Assembly (NCBI RefSeq): GCF_964194025.1
Contig: NC_134470.1
Location: 37,882,001 to 37,946,000, forward strand
DNA: 64,000 bases
From: Convolutriloba macropyga
Lineage: Eukaryota
Direction: 5' to 3'
Part shown: positions 45,893 to 60,059 of the stretch, piece by piece
How positions within the stretch are numbered: the first letter of the stretch is position 1
Layout: every line of letters starts with the position of its first letter
Program-made: the position numbers and the translations under genes
The notes under the pieces: model-generated
Seen by the model: the letters and a program-made list of their open reading frames with translations, nothing else
Databases searched by the model: none
Told to the model about the DNA's origin: nothing

Positions 45893-47076
45893 TATAATGA
45901 AGACGAGTTAATTAAAATGTTGCGATACAATCTTAATATCAGAAAGCATACGGACACATCTATCATGGAAGATAACTTCGATAGAAAACACAAAACCGAC
46001 TAGCATCGGACAAACTGCTCTCGAACGACAAGCGGGGCAATTTGATTCAGAGGCAAAGATAATGTGCTAGTTATCTTTCAATCGCATCAGACTTAATTGC
46101 TGATTAAGAGCAATTAAGCTCACGCAAATATCAAAAGTGAAATCAGCCGAGAAGTGGAATAGAAAGAATGTTCTAGAACAAAACAGGCAAGCCACAATTT
46201 TGCCCAAAAAGACACGTTTTCAATAACTGTTTCAAACTTCATTCGAGAACAATGAGAAATCTCGGGCATTTCAACCTTACAAAATCCTCCAAAGAAACCA
46301 ACGCTTACCAAAAAAACTGTGTTAGGCCGATAAACAACTCCACGGCAATAAAGAAAAGGATGCCAGTAGACTCCCTCGACAATCAACCAAACACTTAGTA
46401 ATGCTCCAATAGAGATCTACTTGAACTTAATGCCCTCGGGCTTTGCCAGTTTAACCAGTTTCTGTTGAAAATTGAAGGAAGAGACCCACTATACTACAAC
46501 TGATACTTCCGACTTCGCTTGAGATTAAGTATTCACAATAGTACAAACAAAATTCAAAATCTCTATTGAAAAATTGATAACCATAACTCAACTAAGAGCA
46601 TTATAAACGTCAACTACTCTTCGAATTGATGAGATGTCAAGATAATGATTTAGATGAAATTTTATGTGTTTCCTTATTTTCGACCCTCTAGATCAAAATG
46701 TTTTTCGCACCCACTATTCTGTCGTCCTGTCAGAAAAAAGTATGAACTGAAAGCAATCCTTTTTCTCTCTGCCTGTAACTTTTGTTCAGGAGATTGACCT
46801 AAACACGTTTTATACGTGCGCGGCATTGACTTTTACATCCCGTTTCGTTTAAAACTCAACTGATTTAAAAAACATAGTCGCCAGAATCCCGAAACAAGTC
46901 GACGAGTCGTCTTCAACGAAAACCTAGCTATTTGACATGAAAATTAGCTAAGTGACTAACTGTTGCGCCTTCGGTCGACAAAAAAATGCCACAAAAAATT
47001 GAACCGACGTGGTACGCATTGACTACGAACGACTGGCGAAGCCAGGGAAATTTTTAAAGTTCGAACATTTCTGATT

Positions 47077-47144
47077 AAGGAGCGGTTCGAACCCGCCACC
47101 TCCCGGTTCAGAGTCGATCACAATAACCACTACGCTACAAGGGC
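47077..47144 (-). mobile_element. tRNA-derived SINE head or tRNA(Gln)-like pseudogene
   Basis: A box TAGCGTAGTGG, B box GGTTCGAACC and a CT-CTG-AA loop. The acceptor stem does not pair. Confidence 0.6.
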
Positions 47145-48684
47145 TATGTACTGCCTTTTCTCAAAATCATCTTTGTTTTAGCATTAAATTTAATTTTTGA
47201 ACGCACGAAAATCAAATCAGTCAAAATTCAAAATATGAAAAAGTAACCCGAAAACGGTCCAGCACTTATAGAAAATGCATAAAAAGCCACGTCTACAACT
47301 TCGAGAGCCATTAAAAAATAGGGTAATTCAATTAAATCTTTCGATATCACAAGTACAAACAACAACGATAGGCTATCTCTCGTTATTGGACAACAGTAAT
47401 TAAGCACGAAATACATCGAACGTCTTATAGGGTAAGAAATTAAGAAACGCAATAAATCGGCAAAAACAAGTTTTCTCAATGTTTGTAAAATAAAATGCCC
47501 ATGAACAGTAGTAGCAGTTCATTCCCAATAAAAGAGAAGACAAAACACTGACAAAAAAGCTGCAACAAAGAATCTGAAAATGCTCAAAAAATATTAGCCA
47601 AGCCATAAAAAGTTAAAACATTCCCAACTTCTTAAAAATAGAAAACTGCAAGAAATTGAAAATTATAAATTTCTCAATTTTAAATTTCATAGAAAAAACC
47701 GCGTCATACCGAAATACATTATTTATTTCGTTAAGGAAAATGACTTAAAAATTAGGGTTCAAATCCTTCACCAGTAGGGGCGAAAAACTTCAAACCATCA
47801 CCGGGAAATAGCCACCGTTGATTCGCTCTACGAATATCGCAATTAAAAGAAAAAGAATAGAGCCAGCATTTTGCCGGAAAACAGCGGCCATTTTTAGAAC
47901 ATTTTAGAGTGCGAAGTATTTTTACTTTCATTTTGTAGTTAAACAAACTCTTGTTCCTTAATAACAAATTACAGGGTCTATTAACAAGTGAATACACATT
48001 AGAGATGTAACTAAGACTTAAGAAAAAAAGTTCAAGTAGAGGGCATCTGAAATTGCGCTTAATGTGTTTGACCCAGTTTCTATTTCTTATCTCGTATTTA
48101 GGGCTCCGTTCATTTTAGATTGCTAAGAAAGTGTTTAAATGGAAGAACAAAACTAGCTTAGAGAAGCCAAAAAGAATTCACGCAAAATGTTGAACAAGCT
48201 CTGACTTACGGCAAGTTTAAACAAATTTTAATTCGACTAAGTAAAAAAGCAGTAGGACGGAGCCCTGAATTACAATCCATATACTTAAATTTAGTAACCG
48301 TCTGACAATTAAAAAAAATTCACACCAAATCGAAGTCAGACAAACAGTCAAAAAAAGCCCACGACCCAATATGCGCTAAGATGAATAAAAAATCTAATTG
48401 ACTAATAAAGTCCTTAGAATGAGTACACAGTACAGCAAGTGCGTGAGAATCAATAACTACTAGACAAAACTATAGAGAATATGGCAGAAACCAGAAAAAT
48501 TTTGAAATTCAGTGTCGTAAAATAAATAAAAAAAACTATATAAATACATGCCAAAAAGCCAAGACAACATACCTTATATTTTATTAGTCAGAAAATATTC
48601 CAAGCAGTTCTAATGGCTTAAAACAGTTCTTATGACTGAAAAAGTGACAGCAGAACTACAAATGAAGGCAGCATTTCTAATTTC

Positions 48685-48858
48685 GGATCATTGCCGTTTG
48701 TGCCCCCCCCCCCCCCCCCCCAGTACGTTATGCTCCCCCCAGTTACAGAGCACGTGCCATTACATAGTAAATCATCATGCAAAAATATGGCACGTGCGTC
48801 TGGGGGGTGCAAAAAATATGCACCCACTAAGCTGGGGGTGCACAAACGAAAAAGGTCC
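48685..48858. mobile_element. Merlin-like MITE, copy 2
   Basis: Same internal sequence as 39247-39424. 8-bp TSD CTAATTTC on both sides. Confidence 0.8.
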
Positions 48859-49448
48859 CTAATTTCAATTGAGCACTTCAAGATTAAACGGCAAACTTTT
48901 ATTCGACGAATTAAAAAACTGCAGTAATGCAATCAAAACTGAATTACAATTCAAAGAATTGAACAACTCAAGAAAACACTATCATTATTATCCTTAAAAG
49001 AGCAACCTCTGATTAAAAAACAAATAATATACGAAGGTCGACGAAAGTAAACAAAACACTGCAGAAACATTATTTCATTTTAAACCAAAATTGAGTTATC
49101 GAATTCATAATGTCCAACAAAGTCAGAAACCATTACTCAATGTGAGTTCAGACAGCAAAATTCAACTTTGTAGAGAATCATTGAAAGACAAAGTTACGGG
49201 TAACAACCAATTTGCAAAAACGTTTTTACGATGTCACTGAAAACAACTGACATCAAAGCCATTGAATCACGTAATTAGAACTTCAATCTTTTTGACATCC
49301 ACTAAACATAGATAGAAAGCACACATCGACTTAAATGAAAAAAATTGGGGAACCGCTAAACAAAAGTAGCAAAAAAGTAGTCAAAAATCAGATCTTAACT
49401 TTCGGACAAAAGTGAGGTCAAATTCAAAAAAAAATTAGTAAATAAAAC

Positions 49449-49929
49449 AACATAGCCGACAGATTGCCGGAAACTAGCCGCCGTTGACGCGCTACACGCA
49501 CATCGGGATTGAAACAAAAAAAAGGAAAAAAGAAATTTTTTCTTTTCAATAAGGGCTGAGATGTTATATTTCGATTACGAATAAGTTATTGCTGCCTCTA
49601 TTAGCTGCTCTCAAATAACCTTCATTTAGAGTGACACATATTCTCTTGACCATATCTCTTCGAATTAAAGTAAACAAAAGACAAAGTGAGGAAATCATTT
49701 TTGAGAGTGAGGTAAGTCACGTGTGAATTAAAACTTCACGCGAATGCACAAAAAAACTCGCTCCACTGAGAGTAAAAAATGACGTCACACACGCAATTCA
49801 GTTAAAATTGCATGAACGAATGAACAAAAAGCAGATTTGAAGTGGCTGTGACCTCATATGGTCGTAACCAAAACCGCGACAACGAAAAAAAGACCAATAA
49901 TAGCCTCAGCTATCGCTTCGCGGCTATTA
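49449..49929 (-). mobile_element. Non-autonomous Helentron-type element
   Basis: catagccgacagattgccggaaactagccgcc at one end and aatagcctcagctatcgcttcgcggctattaa at the other. Confidence 0.65.
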
Positions 49930-52900
49930 ATAACCGACTAATTTCGGACGAACTGCCCTCAAACGACCGTCGAGCTGTTGGCGTCATTAGCAAAGGTTTA
50001 GTGAGGCTAGCTTCCGATTAATTGAAGGCGCGTAAGGCGAGCTCAGCAGGGGTGCAAAAGTGGGTGACTGATGTGGGGGCGGTAGCTGGGGATCAATTTC
50101 CAAGAACCGCCTTTCACACCATAAGTATAAGTATATAAAACAATTTCTGTTAATCGCATAATTTAAGACTAGTGGGCTCTATGAAAACTTAGTGCGAACT
50201 GGAAGCTACCTCTATTCCGTTTCTGAAGACGAAAGTCAGATGGCTCAGTTGGTAAATCGGCCGAGCGAAAAATTGAATAGAAGAGACAATCGATCAAGGG
50301 AAAAATTGCATAAAAGACCGACAGGACTAATTTAATTGCTACAAACTTTGTTTGAGAGCAATTACAAAAATTTAAGTGGATTCAGTTATGACTATAAAGA
50401 GAAAATGAGAGAAATCATAAATCTAAACGACAGAACAAAAAACCAACCTAAATTTTGAAAATACCATTGAGAAATAGAGAGCCATTGAGAACAGTCAAAA
50501 ATATGACGAAATAACCCCCGAAAAAAGAAGGTCGAAAAAATCAATTTTGTTTTACGAAAAATAGAGCCCAGTCTTTGAAAGCCATTAGTTGCCTTCAGAG
50601 GCGTTAAAACAATTGGAAATTTTAACAAGTGGTTTAAAATAAGTGGAAGCAAGTGAGGGGATAAAACAACCTGAAGTATTCGTACAGGAAATCAAACAAG
50701 CAAAATCAGACGCCAAATTACCGCACGTGAAGCAAAATTTGCTCTCAACGACCAAAAATCAGTTTTTACACCAATTTCGCACTTCACTTTCAAGCAGTTT
50801 GAAAAATGTCACGGCATAAAACCTGCTTTTCGCTCCTTTTACTACTCCAGCGTGATTATAATCAGTACTCCAATTTGCCTTCTCATTGACAGGAAAGTGT
50901 CGAAAATAGTGTGAACAGATCTCCAAAAGTAGCGCACTAATACAATTCAAATTCTTTGAATTCTAAAAAGAAAAATTAGGGCCGCAATAACAACCAGCTG
51001 AGAGGATTAAGGCGGTTATTAAAAAACCATGAAATCAATAATAGCCTCACTATTGTTTCGCCAGTCCGATATCGCTTCGCCAGTCCAATCAATAATAGCC
51101 TCACTATCGCTTCGCCAGTCCTAATCGTGATTGCATCACGATTAGGTAACTAGTAAACAGCCAGCAATTGCCGGAATAGCTGCAAAATAGACTTCCGTGC
51201 CGCCATATAGTACTGAGTTCACTGCGGGAAAGCCATTTATTAGGGCCTTTACTGCACATATGAGATCATTTGACCTTAACTTAATTCAAATTAAGTTTTA
51301 AAGTGCAAAAGTCATTTTATTGAGTGAGGTACGTCACGTATGATCAAAATCTAATAACTTAACTTAAAAACTTATCCTAGAGAGCGAGAAATGTCGTCAG
51401 GCGCGCATATGCAGTTAGTGAGAGCAGTAAGCCATCGAAAAATTTTATTTTCAGCTTTCTTATATTTTCAGTGAGAATCTGTTAAGTTATTGCTGCTTCT
51501 ATTAGCTACCATCGAATACCCTTCAATTAGAGCGACATGCACTTACTTGACCTTATCTCTTTGAATTAAAGTAACAAAAAGTCAATTTCAGAGCGAGAAA
51601 GTCATTTTTGAGAGTGAGGTAAGCCACGTGCGTGTGACCAGACAATTAATCACACGAATGCACAAAGAAATAGCCCCAATAAGAGTGAAAAATGACGTCA
51701 CGCACAAAATTCAGTTTAAATTGCATGAACGAATGAAAAGCAGATTTGAAGTGCTTGTGACGTCATACTGTCATAACTAAAATCCTGTTGACGAAATGAA
51801 AAAAAAAACATAGCAGGACAAGTTCTGGTCAACAATTCAAAGATTTTTCACTGACTAAAAAACTAGAAGTACAAGGGACAATGATTGGATTAGGAAAACT
51901 ATTTTTAAAAAATCAGATGAAAAATGAGAAAAAATAGTAATCAATGCAAAATGCCGCATTAGAACAAAAAACCACTAGCGATAAAAATTTTGGTTTAAAC
52001 ATTTTCTCAATACTTTAAAATTAGAGCGAAACAATTTCACGCTGCAAAACCACGCTTTTTGGCTCAACTTCCTGTTTCGGCGTGACCAAAATTGTCACTT
52101 CAATTTGACTTTAAAAAATCATGAAAATGTGTGAACAGATTTAAAAAAAAACATAGCCGGAAGACTCCGGAATTGACTGGAAGTATAACTGCATATAACT
52201 GGTAAAAAAAAGAGAAAGTTAAAGTAGCTGGCATCCCCTTTCTAATTTTGATTTTGTTTTCCGACATTGAATCTCCGAGCAACATTTGCTTAAAAGCACT
52301 GTGATCAGAACGAGAGAACAAAAAACCTGAAGATGTCAAAAAGATCACTAAAAATGTTGAACAAGCTGAGAAAGAAAGCAAACAAACAGATTTCCATTCG
52401 ATAAAAATTAAGTCCACCATAATAGCGGGCTCAGAAGATGACGGACAATATTACAAAACAACTATCAGTCGATACACCTCACAGAAAAGCAGCAAAAAAA
52501 CTTCATGAGAAAATATAAGAACTCTGTAAAGTTTTTTTTTTACAAACGTTCTCAAAAAATTGTAGACTCTCGAAAAATGAATCTCAATTTCAACCCACTT
52601 TTAAAACTCAGTTCCTGTTGATTCGTTGAGCAACCACACGTCACCCAAAGGCACTGGAAAACACTTAAGACCAGAGCAAGAAGTAAAAAAAACAAAAAAA
52701 CTGCAGAATTGACTTAATTTTACAAAAACATGTGCTATCAAACTTTTAATTGTTTTGAAAACCCTACAAACAACCTTAGTTAAACAATTGGATGAAAAAA
52801 AAATCTGAAAGGCAGAAAACTAATTAGTCAATCCAAAACAGAAAAATTAAGCAAAAATAAAATTTAACATTTAGCCTGGTTTCTTAAAAAGCAGATTAAA

Positions 52901-53691
52901 ATGAAAACAACAAAATTAAAAGCGCATTGAAACCCACATGAATACCAATTTCGAACAAAATTATCCGAGACACTAAAAATTTTAAAAAGAGTACTACAAA
53001 TATCACTAAAAAGCGTACAAAACTCAAATATATGATTTAGAAAAAAACTCCCAACCGGCAACTACTTCTTAATATGGCTGACACACTACTTCACCCTTAA
53101 AAGTAAATTAAAAAAACTTTTTCTAAAAAGCCCCAAGTGATCAAAAAATTTCACTCGCTTGGCAAAAAAATTTTCACATCTACTTTTCCCACTCTCTCTC
53201 AAAATACAACATGGCCAGAAAACAAAACCACTTTTCTTTCTGCTCCCCAATTCATTCAACCGTTTGACCTAAATGCTTAGTTTTCACATGAAGCATTGCC
53301 TTCTACAGCAGAACAAGTCCTGGCCAACAAGTCAAGGATTTTTGATTGACTAAACCAAAAATTAGACCTAAAATGAACTATGAATTGATTTGAAAAACAA
53401 TTCAGAAAAAATCCTATCAAGAATAATATCAACTATAAAAATCAAATTTAAAATGTCGCATGTTAACTATCGAAATTTTTTTCAAACATCATTTTCTCAC
53501 TTTACTTTAAAATTAGAGCAAAAAAAAATTCAAGCAGCCAAAACAACTTGCTTTTTCCCTCCACTTCTTGTTTCGGTGTGACTAAAATCATCACTCTAAT
53601 TTGACTTCAAAAATCATAAAAATGAGTGAACAGATTCTTACAAAAAAACAGCGCCCCCAATACAATTCAAATTCATTGAATTGTAGTAAAC

Positions 53692-54377
53692 TGTAATATA
53701 CCTTTGTCCGGCTATATTATTGTGTTAAATTTGTTGAAGTAATGATTCTCGCTAATTTAATTAACTACTTAGTAACATGGCTTTTATTGCTTAAATTATT
53801 GTTTTCGCATGATTAATTGTTCAGGGCCTGAGCGGTTTCAATATTGCTCCGGAGCAGGGCCGACAGCTATAAGTTTTGTCACTAGAGAAAAAGATTTCAA
53901 TCTAAGACTAAATTACTCGTCTGCTGATTTGCAATTTGACAATCTTGGTTGTCGCTTAAATTATTACTTTTTAAGACCTGAGGGCCGTATTTACATTTGA
54001 GTAATCACTTATACAAATACATCAAGATTAACACAAGATAAATAGAACTTCTGGCGCGTGCTGACACGTGCCAGGCAAATAAGATGAACACAGTAAAGTG
54101 TACATTGTAAATATAAATACCGGTTAGCACTATCACAAATTCCTCTGTTATGGGTAAGTAAATCGAATAACAAAAGATAATTAAATGGTTTTTAGAAAAA
54201 ATATACTTGAGAAAGTTTTACAGGATGTTAATAAAGTAAATACATTTTCTCATCTTAATAAGGCAGAAAAATGAAGTCTATATATGGCCTTGAGATTATA
54301 GCAAATATAGCACTAAATAAGGCGATCAGTAAAATTGCGGGAAAAGATATCGATTACTATATAAAACGTACTTTACA
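53692..54377 (-). repeat. 3' LTR
   Basis: 53834-54374 matches 61372-61706 plus 62586-62785. Confidence 0.8.
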
Positions 54378-54558
54378 CAACCCACGTTTAATGAAAAAAT
54401 TAGATATAAATTTTTTGATAAAATACACAGATAAAGATATTAATAAGGAGCCACCCTTAAGTTTCTGTCGCGTTTTCGTCAGTTTCCATAGAGTCGTTAT
54501 TAAATTGCTGAAGAAATTCGGGCTTCACTCGGTTGGAGCGTATAGAAATTGTCGATTT

Positions 54559-56511
54559 TTATAGTCTAATCGGCAAATGGGGCTTTTGTGTAGTTGCAGA
54601 GATGTCAACTTTGTGATCGGTCATTGTTTTAAGAGCGCATATTTCATTGTCAAGGTATTGAATTTCCTCCTCAATTTTCAGGAGACGTGAATCTATATCG
54701 TTATCAATGTTTGTCTCTCCAACAATAGTCATCAAATTTTCTATTTTGTGGTCAAGGGACTGTATCTTTGTCAACTCACTGCTTGCAACCGAAACTACTG
54801 GTTCGAGAGGGATTTTTCCATCGGAGAATTTCATAAAATTGGGGGTTATTCGTTGGAAAAAATTGATCTTATGATACAGATACATTACTAGAATGTGAAG
54901 AAGATTTCCAATGAAGACTGTAAAAGGCAGAGTAAGGGGAAAGCTTTATTGGAACATAAGACTCTAACTTATCAACAAGGGAAGGCTTCAGTAGTTGCAT
55001 TTTGTGGACCAAAGGGGCTGCTATTTTGTCTAAATCGGCTCGTTTAAGAGTATCAGTTGTGATGATCATTTCTACTCTCAATTGTTGAAACAATTCAATG
55101 TTAGCATCCGTTTTCGACGTAAAGTAAAGGAGTTTCTCAATTTCGGGTAACGATGAAATCAGGTGTTGAAGAGGGTCAGCAAGTTTAACATCGATTCGAG
55201 TGGCTGGAATTGTTTGGCAACTCGAGAGGTCCGGTCGGATTTTGATGTGTTTGCTGATCAATTGGATTCCGCATTGGAGAGTTATTATGCAGAGTCGACA
55301 TCCCTCCTTCTCTTCACTGGTCGGTAACGAGGCATCGTTCAAATTGTATTCTCTCCACGCATATGGTTTTGCGCTCATGATTAGCCAAATCCCGTAACCG
55401 AGATTTCTGGCAGTTTCAGTCAATGGGAGCAGTACCTTTTCTGTTTGGCATACAGAAAGTGCAACAACTGTCGTGTGAAAAGTGTTGCTAAGCAAGACGA
55501 TTGTGCTAGATGAGTCTTTATTGTTTCGTGGCAGATACGATAAGTTGAAGATCCTAGACAGTTATCGAGCTGTTGTTGGGTCAATGTAGTCGTCTCCATG
55601 GAATCCTGCGAAATTGCCAACTATGGACCTTCGATGATCCATTGAAGGGCTTCTTTAGGATCCTGTTGAGGCCTTGGGATGACGTGTGCACTGTAGACGT
55701 AAAATGAAGTTTGACGGGATGCTAGAGGAACTGCTAGAGTCAAAAGTAATCCTTGTTCAACGGTGGCAATTTCGTAAACCAGTTTGGCATAATACGACAT
55801 GAGATCCTTCATGGGTATTGCCCGTGACAAACGATCTGTTGAGTGTTTCTAGCTATCATGAACTGAATCTAAGACAGCTAATAATGATTCGCGGGAAACT
55901 AAAGACATTGGTAATCGTTTATCTAACAGAATGGGTATAGAGTTTAGCAAGTTTATACTATAGGCATATAAAGCTGAACGATAGCTTTTGATGTCGGCGT
56001 ATAAAATTGATAACAATGAAGCTACAGTATTGAAGTTGAAATTTAATTGCTGATTTGAGAAGAGCATTTGTGTATAATCTAGTAAAAAGGAAAAATTTCT
56101 CGAAAATGTCGAATTGATTTTGTACTACTTTCCAGTTTTTATTTTGGTTATTTTGCATTTCCTGCTGGATTTCGGAAACTTTAGCTATTTCATTCGATAT
56201 ACTATTTCATTCGGAATCTTTAGCTATTTCATTCGCTCTGAGAAGTTTACTGGGCACAAAATTGACGGTTGTGTCCACATAGTTGCTAGTTTTTCGAGCA
56301 TATCTTCGATTTGTTGTTTCATAACAAAATCGTATTGCGGGAAAGGAACTAGGAAATCATCGTTAACGAACTTCTCTGCGAGTAGAATCTGTGATTCTTT
56401 GTGAAAAAGAATTCCTTTAGTTAGCGCTTCATATTTAGTTGGGGTCTCTGTATTAATAATTTCAGAAACTAAGAAGAAAAGAGAAAGAAATGAACAAATT
56501 ATTGTTTTCAT
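54559..56511 (-). pseudogene. env: env-like class I fusion glycoprotein remnant
   Basis: Signal peptide MKTIICSFLSLFFLVS, heptad-rich region, Cys motifs CLGSSTYRICHE, SCLATL and GCRLCIITLQCG. Many frameshifts. Confidence 0.8.
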
Positions 56512-56723
56512 CGTGAGAAAAGTAATGTGTACTGTAAGTCGAAATTTAAACCAAGTGACGTTCAATAGAGACCCGCTGTGTTGTTCTACTAATACTTGTC
56601 TCAATTGTTAACATTACCATACTGAGTTGATGTTCATTTTATGGTAAATAATTGCTCTAGCATTTTACATACAGATTTCCAATTATGGTGATGTTGATGT
56701 TTGATTTGTAATTAAACTAGTTT

Positions 56724-56824
56724 CTCCCAGCTGCACGGGTCGAGGCAGCGCTCAACCTGAGCCAGGGGGCAAATAATTAGGTTCTTACGGCACCATTTCC
56801 CAGCAACACGGGTCGAAGTTGCGC
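56724..56824 (-). other. Two tandem predicted H-type RNA pseudoknots upstream of env
   Basis: Minus strand GCTGC-CTCGACCCGT-GCAGC-TGGG and GCAAC-TTCGACCCGT-GTTGC-TGGG, with compensatory stem changes. Confidence 0.55.
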
Positions 56825-57324
56825 CACTTGCGGCTAATAATGCTAAGCAAGTAGGGCTAAGTGTTTTCGAGTTTTCTAGATTTTGATCTGTGTTTCAACG
56901 TGACCGTTTCAAATTCGACCCTTACATGTTGCCCCAATGGCACTTTTTATGGCAAGCTGGGTGTTTGGACAAGTGGCATAATACCGCAGTGCAAATCTGA
57001 AGATTTAATTCAGAATGAATCAGATCCTGCTCAGTTAGTGCTCAGCTTAATATGTTTGTTATTATCTATATTTATTTGTGTTATAAGTGGTCTGAGATAC
57101 AGACAAAGAATGAGGGAGCGGTTCGACTGGTTTTCTGAGGGCTTTATGGCATGCAGAGATTATCTTCCTCGTTTATTTTAACTTCTGAGGTTCATGTCAG
57201 TTATTCAGTTTTAATTCAGTTTCTAATTCAAGCAGAAGTGTTAGCGGTAATGAATTTATGAAAATTGCATCGCATGTTCATTTGAGCAGATTTATTGTTT
57301 GTGTACCATCAGGCTAGCCACATT

Positions 57325-59415
57325 ATACGGGTAAGTCATGCTCTGGAGTTGACTTTATTTTCAGTTCCGTATTGTATCCAACGTCAAATCGGCGTTTGGC
57401 GAAAATGTCACAATATTCAATTAATAAATGCTCACATTCTTCGATTTGCTTCTGGTTTAATGGCGTTGTTTTGTGTAAGCGTGCAATAGAACAGGTCCTT
57501 CAAGTAATTTGTTAACTGCATGTTCTATTTCTGAGTTGTCTGGCAGAATCTGCCTCACGGATTGTTCATTTCGTTTGGTAACCTAATGTATTAATTGCTT
57601 TTTCTCAGTGCTATTAACATTTGGCATGAATTAACAAGAGTTGCTTCATTCCAGTTGAAAATGACTAACTTTATTGACAAATGCTCCTGGTTATTGAAAC
57701 TGGCCAGAGAAGGGAAGTTTGAGAAATTTGGTTTCCGTAAGTTGCAGCCTCAAGAGAAGTGGGAAGTTAACGAGGGTGATAGTTTTCCAACTGAACCATT
57801 TTATCTGAGGGGGCCGGCTGCTGAGCACATATACTCATGGAATCAAGATTTAATGGAAGAATGGAACGGTGCTATGGTTGACGTCAAGGATTTTGTTAGA
57901 ACTGAAGGAGGAGTTATTGGTGCCAAAAATAGTGGAGATCATGGATACGGTGACTCAAATACAATTTCTTTTGAATTACCTTAAGAAAAGGTTAATTTTG
58001 TGGCTCACCCAGCGTTGAACATTATGAGTGCTGCCAGTATCACTTCTGTGGGGGGCCGCGTTTTGCATCGGCCATGTTTGAGATGGGGAAGTTTGTGCTG
58101 TGGTAGTCCTTTTTCAGTAGGTGGTTGACTCTTCTCAGATCAATTAAAATTCGCAGCTTGCCTGACTCTTTTCTATGAGCAAATAATGGACTACTGTAAC
58201 TAGACTATGACAAAGTTGTTTTAAGTCCATAGTAGTGCATTAATGCTAATTCAATATGTAGTTCGTCACACAGATGGATTGGGGTTGGTGGTCCTTGTAC
58301 ATATACGGGTAAGTCATGCTCTGGAGTTAACTTTATTTTCAGTTCCGTATTGTATCCATGGTCAAATCGGCATTTGGCGAAAATGTCACAATATTCAATT
58401 AATAAATGCTCACATTCTTCGATTTGCTTCTGGTTTAATGGCGTTGTTTTGTGTAAGCGTGTAATAGAACAGGTCCTTCAATTTGTTAACTGCATGTTCT
58501 ATTTCTGAGTTGTCTGGCAGAATCTGCCTCAAGGATTGTTCATTTCGTTTTGTAACCTAATGTATTAATTGCTTTTTCTCAGTGCTATAAACATTTGGCA
58601 TGAATTAACAAGAGTTGCTTCATTCCAGTTGAAAATGACTAACTTTAATGACAAATGCTCCTGGTTATTGAAACTGGCAAGAGAAGGGAAGTTTGAGAAA
58701 TTTGGTTTCCGTAAGTTGTAGCCTCAAGAGAAGTGGGAAATTAACGAGGGTGAGTTTTCCAACTGAACCATTTTATCTGAGGGGGCCGGCTGCTGAGCAC
58801 ATATACTCATGGAATCAAGATTTAATGGAAGAATGGAACGGTGGTCTGGTTGACGTCAAGGATTTCGTTAGAACTGAAGGAGGAGTAATTGGTGCCGAAA
58901 ATAGTGGAGAAGATCATGGATACGGTGACAATTTCTTTTATTTTGCATTACCTCAAGAAAAGGTTAATTTTGTGGATGACCCAGCGTTGAACATTATGAG
59001 TGCTGCCAGTATCACTTCTGTGGGGGGCCGCGTTTTGCATCAGCCATGTTTGAGATGGGGAAGTTTGTGCTGTGGTAGTCCTTTTTCAGTAGGTGGTTGA
59101 CTCTTCTCAGATCAATTAAAATTCGCAGCTTGCCTGACTCTTTTCTATGAGCAAATAATGGACTACTGTAATTAGACTATGACAAAGTTGTTTTAAGTCC
59201 ATAGTAGTGCATTAATGCTAATTCAATATGTAGTTCGTCACACAGATGGATTGGGGTTGGTGGTCCTTGTACATATACGGGTAAGTCATGCTCTGGAGTT
59301 AACTTTATTTTCAGTTCCGTATTGTATCCATGGTCAAATCGGCGTTTGGCGAAAATGTCACAATATTCAATTAATAAATGCTCACATTCTTCGATTTGCT
59401 TCTGGTTTAATGGCG
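57325..59415 (-). repeat. ~975-bp tandem duplication (about 2.1 copies) spanning the pol deletion junction
   Basis: atacgggtaagtcatgctctggag at ~57326, 58304 and 59275. The minus strand encodes PTPIHL..ELALMHYYG and YSSPLFA..SGKLRILIDLRRVNHLL..NFPISNM (RT start) joined to a GYNLRKP pol tail. Confidence 0.85.
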
Positions 59416-60059
59416 AATTTTCCCAGTTAATTTACTGAGAAAAATTTGTCGGTCTTCCTCATTACTTCGTGGATCAACCTTCTCCAACTTTTAGAAATTT
59501 AATATTTGTTCATAAATTTCTTGTTGTAAGAGCGGCAAATTACTTGGGTCCTCGCAAGTTTCTGTGTCGGATACCATAGTTTACTATATTCCGGAGGGGG
59601 TCTCCTAGTTTGGCCTGGTTTGTGTTGAGTGAAATCTTAGATAAGCTGGTTCAATTCCGCAAAATAATCATCTTGATTTTGCTAACGTTATCAGTTGTGG
59701 GTCAATTTTTATCAATTGGTCGGCTTGCTCGGTTGAAAGGATTGAGAATCTGCCTGCCTCTTTTCGGCTATTGATTGTGAGAGGGTGCTCAGTTACGTTT
59801 AGGGCAGAGACGTATAATGTAATATTCTTTCCTACTGTACTTAGCGAAGAAGTTAATGTAATTTCTGTTTCTTTTTCGAGAATTTCATTAGAAGTGATTA
59901 CTCCATTTTTGTTCTCAAACTGATCGGCTTTGTCTGATAGATAGTATTCCAGGAAGATCTGCTCTTTGGGCTGTATCGTGTGCTTCTTGTTTGTGTAAAT
60001 GGGAATTTTCTTATGTCTTACTGATCGTCGTTTTTCGTTTACAGGCTTGATTTCATTAA

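Noticed and set aside
47077-47144. Functional tRNA-Gln(CTG)
   Set aside because: Acceptor and anticodon stems pair poorly; kept as a SINE head or pseudogene.
48630-48932. Poly-Pro and poly-Gly ORFs
   Set aside because: They arise from the C-run of the MITE.
57295-59430. Repeated plus-strand ORFs (129, 135 and 71-73 aa) as captured genes
   Set aside because: They are antisense shadows of Gypsy pol fragments read on the minus strand.
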